Below are positions 55,544 through 64,000 of a DNA stretch of 64,000 bases, one piece after another. Within the stretch, counting starts at the first letter, position 1, and every line of letters starts with the position of its first letter. A program made the translations under genes and the position numbers. The notes beneath the pieces were generated by a model, which ran no database searches, was not told the DNA's origin, and saw nothing but the letters and a program-made list of their open reading frames with translations. The DNA comes from Cyanophora paradoxa CCMP329 (lineage: Eukaryota; Plantae; Glaucophyta): the NCBI GenBank assembly GCA_004431415.1, contig QPMI01000475.1, positions 1 to 64,000 on the forward strand. Reading direction: 5' to 3'.

Positions 55544-58021
55544 ATGAACAGGTCCGCTGCCTCCTGCGGTCTTTGCGTGCCCCAGTGTCCCGTTTAGAGG
55601 CTCAGCTTCCACCGCAGGTACAAGCAGATCAAGCAGCTCGGCGATGGAACATACGGCAGTGTCATCAAGGCCGTGAATAGGCAAACGGGGGAGGTGGTGC
55701 GCTGCTCTCTCCTGCCTCGCCGAGGGCGAGGCCCGCGGGCTTTCCTCGAGCCCCACACGCCCCACCTAATCCGCAGCTAACCATAGCTATCATTCCCCGA
55801 TTGTCCGGGCGCCGCCTCACCCGCCGCTCGCTCTCCCGGCAGGTTGCCATCAAGAAGATGAAGAAGAAGTTCTACTCGTGGGAAGAGTGCATGGCGCTGC
55901 GCGAAGTGAAGGTCGGCTGCGCGAGCCACGCTGCGCATCTCCCGCCCACGCCCCGCCGCAGTCCCTGCGCAAGATGAACCACCCCAACGTCGTCAAGCTC
56001 AAGGAGGTCATTCGGGAGAACGACGAGCTGTACTTCGTGTTCGAGTTCATGGAGCTCAACGTGTACCAGATGATGAAGGACCGGGAAAAGCTCCTCCCGG
56101 AGGCTCGCATCCGCAACTGGCTGTGCGTCTCATTCCCGCACACCCGAAGGTGTTGCGGCTCACGCCCGGTCGGCGCGCAGGTATCAGATCCTGCAGGGCC
56201 TTGCATACATGCACAAGCACGGATTCTTCCACAGAGATATGAAAGTGCGCTCCCTTTCTCTTCTTTTCTCCGCGCTCCTTTCGTTCCCTTCCTTTTCCCT
56301 CCCTACGGCGCCTCGCGCCGCAGCCTAGCAGATGAACCCTGTTTCCCTCCCTCTCCTCGCCTTCCTTCTCCGTTCCCGCCCGCCCCCTCCGCCGGCCGCC
56401 CCCGCAGCTGTCCTGACGCTGCGCCGCCACGCAGCCGGAGAACCTGCTGGTGACGAAGGACACGGTGAAGATTGCCGACTTCGGTCTGGCTCGGGAGATC
56501 CGCTCGCGCCCGCCGTACACGGACTACGTCTCGACCCGCTGGTACCGCGCCCCGGAGGTCCTCCTGCGGTCCACGAACTACAACTCGCCCATCGACCTCT
56601 GGGCCGTCGGGACCATCATGGCCGAGCTCTACACGCTCCGGTGCGCCCCGCCAGACCCCCCGGCCCCAGCCCGCGGGCCAGCGGCTGAGGCGGCCGGGCG
56701 CGGCAGGCCGCTCTTTCCGGGAAGCTCGGAGGCGGACGAGATCTACAAGGTCTGCAGCGTGCTGGGCCCGCCGACGCAGCAGACGTGGCCCGACGGCCTC
56801 AAGCTCGCCAACGCCATGAACTTCCGCTTCCCCCAGGTGCCCCCCGCCCCCGCTCACCCCCACCGCGGTCGAGGCCCGACGCGCTTTTTCGCAGTTCGTT
56901 GCGACGCCGCTGTCGGCGCTGATTCCGCACGCGAGCCCCGAGGCGATCCAGCTGATGACGGACCTGATCCACTGGGACCCGGCGCGGCGCCCGACGGCCA
57001 CGCAGGCGCTGCAGTACCCCTACTTCCAGGTCGGGGTGCAGCTCCCAGTCGTGCCGCGCATGCCGGCGGTCGGCCAGCAGCAGCAGCAGCCGAGCTCGCA
57101 GCCGGGCAGCCAGCGGCCGTCCTCGATCGACCACGTGCCGCAGGGCCCGCTGACGAACATCCAGGACCTCAACGGGATGCCGCTGCAGGCGATCAAGGGC
57201 GAGTCGGCGCCGGCGCTGCCCTCGATCCAGCGGAGCGAGAACAACTCGTTCTACGGGAACAGCGGCCTCGGGAGCCAGTCCACGTCGCCCTTCGGCCTCC
57301 CCGCCGTCGCCCGCAACCGCGGCGCCGGCTCCCCGACCGGCAACAAGCCGGCCAACACCGGCGCCCCCGAGGACTGGAGCGTCCGCAACTCCCGCTACAA
57401 GCCCGGCGTCAACCCGCAGGGTGCGCTCACTCCCTGCCCCTCGCTCCTCCCGCGCCGCCCGCCGACCGCCGGCCGGCCGCAGCTGTGGGCGGGACGAGCT
57501 ACGGGGCGGGCCCCTCGAACGCGGGCGGGGGCGGCGACGTGCTGGGCGCCGCCTCCTCGTCGGCCTTCGGCGGCGGCGGCAGCCCGGGCATGTACGGCAA
57601 GCCCGGCATGGGCGGCGGCGGCGGCGGCGGCTACGGCGTCGGGGGCGGCGGCGGCTACGGGGCGGGGGCCGGCGGCAACCTCTACTCGGCGCCGAAGCCG
57701 GCGGGCGGGATCCAGATGCCCGGCATGGGCGTCGGCGGCGGGATGGCCGGAGGCTACGGGGGCGGCTCGTCGTACGTGCCCCCGATGGGCCGCGGGGCCG
57801 GCGGCGGCGGCGGGTACGGCATGGGCGGCGGCGCGGGCAACTTCGGCAACTTCGGCGGCGGCGGCGGCTACGGCATGGGCGGCGGCAACGCCGGGGGCAT
57901 GGGGAGCGTCCCGCGAAACAACTTCGGGGGCAACGCGGGCCTGCCGCCCCTCGGCGGCAACTCCCCGGGCTCCAACTCGGGGCTGCCCTCCATCGGCCAG
58001 CAGGGCGGCCGCCGGCGATAG
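55544..58021 (+). CDS. MAK/ICK (RCK-family) Ser/Thr kinase with Gly-rich tail (spliced)
   Basis: MNRY...[29 protein letters not shown]|[30 protein letters not shown]. Confidence 0.92.
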
Positions 58022-58859
58022 GTCGCGCGCCTCGCGTCGCCCCTCGGCGTGCCTTTAGGCTGCGCCCTCCCCGCCTCCATGCTTTCGAACCCCGCCCCTC
58101 CTCCCACACCAATCCTGCAGCCCCTCATTCGCACCCCCCCTCTCCCCTCAAACCAGTGTACCACTTCACTCTTGCGTTTTGCCTGGGCTTTGGAGAGAGA
58201 GGAGGGGGGAGAGGAGGGGCCAAAGGGGGAAAAGGGGCGCAGATTTCGAGGGGAGAGAGGAATTTCAGAGATCGGAGTGAACAGAACAATCGTGAAGCTC
58301 AGTCAACGCATACGTGGGCCGCAGACATGAGCGTCGAGGGAAGAGACCTCATCCAACAAGCCGAGCGCGGCTGTTCGTCTATCTGTTGAAACCCGCGCGC
58401 GTTTTGCGATTGATCATGAGGTGCCGCGCGCAGCGGAGGTGTTTAGAACGTCTCAGGGCTTCGAGATCATGTGCGCGCGCTTCAAGATGGGCTCGCGATC
58501 TCGATTGCAGGCCAGGCGCCGGCTGAGCGGGCCGTATGCCCAGAATCCCGCCGGGCGTGTCGCACCAGGAGGCGGCGAGAATCTGCGAGGCTCGTCTCTT
58601 GAAAATGTGCGTGACGCGCCGCCCATCGGTGGTGCTCCCGTGTTTTCGCGCGCCGCCCATTTTCGCGGCGCATGCGCAGGTTTAGCTCGCAAGAGCGATT
58701 CATCGGAGACCGGCTACCGCCAGAGTGCGTTGCAATATTAATTGGCGCAACTTAGATCGCCCCCGGCTGGCCGCAGTCGCCCTCCTTGCAGTTTCGCGAT
58801 ATCGATTGAATTTTCGCGCGCGAAGGTACCAGACGTACGAGCAGAGGAAGACGCACGCG

Positions 58860-59530
58860 ATGCAGGAGTTCTTGAAGCAGGAGCAGAATCATCAGCACTG
58901 GGAGCCGGTCGCACGCACGAACCCGCGCGGCGCACTCGGCTGGTTTCCGGGTCCGCGCGCGCGCTGCTTAGCGGCCCATGGGCCAACTTGCGTCTCTGAT
59001 TTGCGAGCTCCGTTGCTGACACAAATCCGCGCAGGCAAGAACGTCATCGTCTGCCCGCAGCCGGATGACCCGCTGGCGCCCCTCGCGCGCCCAGGGATCG
59101 CTGGCGGCGGCCTCGGTCGCAGCCAGGCGCACAATCTGCCCAGCCCGCCCCACTGCTGTGCGCCCCGTTTTCACAGCCCTCTGCAGGTGGACCTCGACGC
59201 GGGGGGCAACGCCCCGCGGGCCATTCCCCCGGGCGCCTTCAACCGGCCCGTTCCCTTTGCCGAGGGACCGCCGCCGGCGCCCTACCCGCAGCGGTGCGCC
59301 GGCCGCTGCGACAAGCCGAACGTGTACCCGCGTTGATTGCGTTGAGCAGGTTTGAGGGCCGGGGGCAGGGCCGGAACCTGCCGGAGCGGGGCGGGCCCAG
59401 CGGCTGGGGGCCCGTCGCGGGCGGGGCGGGGGAGCAGGAGCTCGGGCGGGGCGCCGGGGGAGCCTGGGGCGACATGCCCCTGCCGCCCTCCGAGTTCTGC
59501 TACCCGCTGCCCGAGTACATGCCCTTCTGA
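58860..59530 (+). CDS. Small Pro/Gly-rich hypothetical protein (spliced)
   Basis: Coding-like segments separated by putative introns with ...CAG acceptors; start uncertain. Confidence 0.4.
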
Positions 59531-59734
59531 TCGCCCCTCGGGCTCGGCCGGCGACCCCGCCGGTCCTCGCTCTCGGCGGTCGCTCTTGTAGGTATGGAAT
59601 AAAGGCGAGGCCATGAAGGGCAAAGGAGGGAAGGGGTAGAGGGATGCGGGAGGGGTATCAGTCAAGGATGCGGAGGGGCGCGAAAGAAGTTGGAGGGGAC
59701 GGGAAGGGCTGTCGAGGAGGGCCGCCTGGAGAAG

Positions 59735-60197
59735 TCATCGGGCCCTGCGGCAAGCCTCAGAGTTCAGCTGCAGCTGCGCGGGCGTTGCGGCGGGAGGGGC
59801 GCGCATTCCGACCATCTCCTCCAGCTTCTTGAGCGACTTCTTCGCGTCCTGCGGGCGCCGGCGGCCGTGAGACGGCGCGGCCCGGCCCGGCGGGACTGGA
59901 GGAACGGCGGCGCCGGCGGACCTCGAGCAGGTGCCTCATTAGCTCCTCGTCCCGCACGCCGCGGTTCGCCTCGTAGCTCGCGCGGATCTGCCGCGCGGCG
60001 CTCGAGCTGCTCAAAGGCGGCGCCGGCCGAGGGCGCGGACGCGCGCGCACCTGTTCGCGGATGGCGTCGCGCGTGCCCGGATCGGGCGCGCCGCGAGCGG
60101 CGCGCAGCAGTCGCCTGTACAGGCCTATGCTCTGCGACCGAAGGAGGAAGAACTTGAGCGACGGCCGCCACGACCCCGCCGCCGCCGGCGCTGCCAT
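59735..60197 (-). CDS. LYR-motif protein (LYRM2-like, spliced)
   Basis: SLKFFLLRSQSIGLYRRLLRAAR...IR..YE.NR. Confidence 0.8.
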
Positions 60198-60608
60198 CGC
60201 TCAGCGCGCAAGCTGTTGGCTTGATTGACGCGGCCGCTGAGCCGCTCGACGTTCCGCGCGCTGTGCGCCTGCCTGCTGGATCGCGGGCTGGTGCCGCGTG
60301 CGGCTTAGCTATGGCGGAGGGGCGTCCGCGCGACTTCACCGCGTGCGGCACGCGCTCCTCTCCCCTCTTGTGCCGCTCGCACGCGGCTGCGCTGGCGCCC
60401 GTTCGTCGTCGAGGTCTGAGCCGTCGGCGCTGGAAGTCGTTGAAGGGCGCTACAACCCGCGCTAGCGTTCACACCGGCTAGTGTGGTCCGGAGTCCGGAC
60501 AGGACCTCCACGCACGAGTCGCCGGCAGCGCGAGCCAAGCCAGACAGTGTTTCAGTCGCGTACCCCACTCCGCTCGTTAGCTGGCAACGCCAGCAGCGGG
60601 CAGGCGCC

Positions 60609-63600
60609 ATGGACTTCCTGCGCGCCTTATCCTTAGCGAGCAACACATCTGCGCCGGAGCTCGGCGGTCCGGTGACAGAGGCGATCTCGAGCGCGCTGCG
60701 GGTACGCAGCAGCGCCGCTGCGCGTGCGGGCGCCGCTTCTCTAGCTAACACGCCGAGTCGCAGCTTGGGCACACGCCAGCGCTGCTCGAGCAGCTGTTCG
60801 AGGAGCTCGCCTCGAGCCAGGATGACCTCAACTTCTCCTGCGCGTGCCTCCGGGCGCTGCACGTCCTGGCGCGGGACATGGAGTGCCCCAGGTCGACAGC
60901 CGTAAGCTCCGTCCGCGAGGGGGAGCCTGCGCGGCGCCAGAAGACGCGCCCCGCAGGTCCTGGCTCGCTTCTGGATCGGGCCGTGCACGAAGCTCTTCTC
61001 GGCCGGCAGGGACCCCGACCGGCGGCCGCTTCGGAGGCTGGGTGAGCCTCCGGCGCCGTCCCCGAGCCGCGTGCGGGCGCGCGCCGACGGCGAGCGCAGC
61101 GGGGCAGGTGCTGGCGGACGCGATCCAGCGCGCGGGGCCGGACGCGGGGGAAGCGCTGGCGGCGATCACAGGGGCGTGCGTGGGCGCGGTGCGGGACATG
61201 GAGGAGGGCCCCGGGGCGGACGGCCTGGGCGACGAGGGCGCGGCGCTGCCCGAGGGGCGCGTCTCGGCCTGGGGCGCCTGCGAGCTCGCCGCCGACCTGA
61301 TCGAGTGCCTCCCGGTGCGAGCCGCGCGCGCGCGCGGCGAGCCTCGTCTGACAAGCGGGCCCGGGCAGGCGGAGGACGGGGCGCGGCTGGCGGGCGCGCT
61401 CTTCGGGCCGCTGCTGGTGCTGCTCGCCGCCTGCGAGACCCCGGCGCTGCTGCTCCACGCCGCCAACACCGCCCTCACCGCCGCCGTCGCCGCCTCCGCC
61501 GCCGCCCCGGACGCCCCCGCCCACTCCGCCCGCATGAAGGCGCGCGCACCCGTACCCCTCCGCCCCACGCGCTCTCGTCCGCGCGGCGCTCACTCGCGTA
61601 CCCTCCACATGCACAGGACCTGTTCGAGACTTGCGCGGCGATGCTCTCCCGCGGGCGCGCCGATGCGCAGACCGACGCCCTCGGCATCCTCTGCCGGCCC
61701 GCACCCCTCTACCCCTGCATCTTCCCCCCCCTTCTTACCCGTACCCCCCGCAGGTTTTACGGCGACCTCGAGTCCTCGGGCGGTGTGCTCGGCGAAACGC
61801 GCTTCTGGGACGCGCTCACGGTACCCGCCCCACTTGTGGAGCTCGGCGGTACTCTCGGTGCCCGCTGAACCGGCGGGGCGCAGGGCGGCCTGGTCGCCTC
61901 GGATCCCCTCGCCCGCAAGCGCGCCCTGTACCTGGCCAAGGTCCGCCCCTTCCCGTCCCCCCACTCGCCTCCTCTCCGCTCAGCCCGCGGCGCAGCGGGC
62001 GATCGAGAGCCTGACAGGGCCGGCGGGGTCGGCGCGCCCCTGGCCCGCCTTCGTGCCTTGGCCCTCCCGCCAGCTCTGGGACGCGTACTTTCTCGTCTTT
62101 GGTGCGCGCCCCGTACCCCGTCCAACATCCCCCCCCCCTCCGACGCGCCGGCGCTGCAGACACGCTCGACACGCACGCGCTGCACCTCATCGAGGCGCCC
62201 GCTCGTACCCCCGCCCGCTCGCCGTACCCCCGGCGCGCTCACTTGTCTCCCCCCTCGCCCTGCAGCCGGTCTGGCCCCAGATCGACGTCCTCATGGGCTG
62301 GGAGGCCCCTCGCGAGGTGCGGCTTCCTCGTGGACGTCGTTTCCGCTACCCGAATTAACATTGCCGTACCCCCAGGCGGAGAAGTACTCGGGGATGCACT
62401 TCGCGTGGGTCGCCGCCCTCTTCCGCAAGGCGCGCCCCCCGCCCCCCAGCCCCTCCGCCATGTACCCCTCTCGAATCGCTAACATACCCCCCGCTTCCCC
62501 ACTTGACAGATCCTGGAGCACGGCAACTACACCGTCTCGAAGGTGCGCGTACCCCTCCCGCCCACCCCCCCCCCCCCCCCCTCTCGAATCCGAGCGGCGG
62601 CCTCCTCGCGCAGCTGGCGCTGGACTGGCTGGTGGCGCGGGGGGCGGGGCGGGGCGGGCTCGTCGTACCCCCCGACTTCCTCGTGGGGCACGTGATGCGG
62701 GCCCTCACCAGCGCCTCCTTCTACCGCGACGGCGACGGCTGCCGCCGGTGAGGCCCCGGATCGAATCAGATCTGATCTGACCTGATCAGGTCTGATCTGA
62801 TCTGATCGTGGCGCCTTGCGGGGGCAGGGAGGCCGAGTTCGCGGCGCGCTTCCGCGCCTACTTCGACGCCTGCGCCGCCGCGTACCCCCCGGGCGTGCGC
62901 GCCTGTACCCCTGCCGGCCAGGCGCGGCGTCGAGCGGGCACGGGGCGCAGGCGGTGTCGCGCCTGCTGAGCCTCCTGCTGACCGTCGTCACTGACGCCTG
63001 CGCCATCCGCCCCACCCTCGTCTGCCCCTTCCATCCGGCCCTTTGCTCCGCCTCCCTTCCTTGAGCTCACCTCGCCCCCAGCTGCTGTACCTGGCGTGTC
63101 TGGAGTCGGCGACGAAGCTGGCGCCCGCCAGCATGGGCCCCGAGGCCCTCGACGCCGTCCGCCGCATGGCCACCGACCGGGTACAACAGCCTTTTGAGTG
63201 CTTGAATTTTCGAAGCTTTGAACGTCCCGGGCGCCCCGCAGATCCCGGGGTACCAGCCGGCGTGCTGCCGGGCGCGGATGAACGCGGGGGCGCTGCGCTG
63301 CGCGACGACGCTGGCGGACCCGCGGCGCTGCTCGCTGCCCGCCGCGGCGCGCTTCCTCTCCTCGTTCCCCCCGGCCGTGCTGGCCTCGGAGGCGGCGGCG
63401 GTGGAGGCGTGGCTGGGCGCCATGGGCCCCGCCTTCTCGGCCGGCCTGCCCGACACCGTCGACACGTACGTCCGCCCCACGGCGGCCGAGCAGCAGCACG
63501 GCGGGCACGAGCGGCGCTCCCCGCGGCCGGAGGCGCCGGCGCCGGTCTCGGGCGGGGACGTGCGGCGCTGGCGCGAGGCGGCCCAGCAGATCGCGTGCCT

Positions 63601-64000
63601 CGCGCGCTTCGTGCCCGCCGGCGAGTCCTTCCCCCGCCTCCTCGCCCCCTCTTCGGCAAGCTCGGCGGCATCTTCCGCCAGGCCCGCCCCCGTACCCCCC
63701 TCGGCGTTTCTCCCCCCCTCACCCCCATCCCCAGACGTACATGGCGCGGGGGACGCCGGAGCGGCTGCTCGTCCTCCTGGACACGCTCCTCGCCCACTTC
63801 GGCGCGCCCTCCCCCCACCGCCTCTCGGCTTTACCACCGTCTTCTAAGCTATTGTTTCGCAGGGTGGTACACGCCGGCGCAGCGCCGCGTCCTCGCCGAG
63901 GGCTCCGCCATGGTCGCCGAGGAGGCCCGCCCCGCTCCCCTTTCCGCCCCCGGCCCCTTCCCGCCGGATGACACTGCGGCAGGTCGTCGCGTACTGCTGC
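60609..64000 (+). CDS. Large multi-exon helical protein, N-terminal part of a Trm3/TARBP1-like tRNA 2'-O-methyltransferase (continues beyond window)
   Basis: RKRALYL, LWDAYFLVF|DTLDTHALHLIE|PVW and WVAALF resemble the Trm3/TARBP1 N-terminal region; the SpoU domain is not in the window. Confidence 0.55.

Noticed and set aside
46800-64000. Numerous long overlapping Arg/Ala/Pro/Gly-rich ORFs
   Set aside because: Artefacts of very high GC content; the real genes are spliced.

Overview
Positions 1-42367 are AT-rich, intronless viral DNA made of two related, nested endogenous Polinton-like viruses (PLVs). The inner element looks complete (9588-39267, 29.7 kb). It has ~1.68-kb near-identical TIRs, 5'-ACAC...GTGT-3' ends and a 6-bp TATGGG target-site duplication. 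It encodes a DJR major capsid, two minor capsid proteins, an A32 ATPase, an AEP-SF3 primase-helicase, a protein-primed-type PolB with degenerate exonuclease motifs, an RVE integrase, a patatin-discoidin protein, a ~2,450-aa modular fibre and an AdoMet decarboxylase. It is inserted into a structural gene of a related outer element. The outer element's left end lies outside the window and its right end is at 42367, where it cuts a WD40-like gene. Both elements end in a 28-bp local hairpin beginning ACACATA and carry iteron-like hairpins; the 14-mer TTACTGAATATGGT precedes the iteron blocks in both. The inner TIRs also carry an 11-unit repeat/spacer array. Positions 43300-46600 are palindrome-rich intergenic DNA with MITEs. 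Positions 46900-64000 are GC-rich eukaryotic host DNA with short introns, many with GC donors. It encodes a METTL21-like methyltransferase, a TFIIIA-like protein, a RING protein, a Vti1-like SNARE, a mitochondrial carrier, a MAK/ICK kinase, a LYR protein and a Trm3/TARBP1-like protein. All assignments are by-eye motif recognition; no searches were run.
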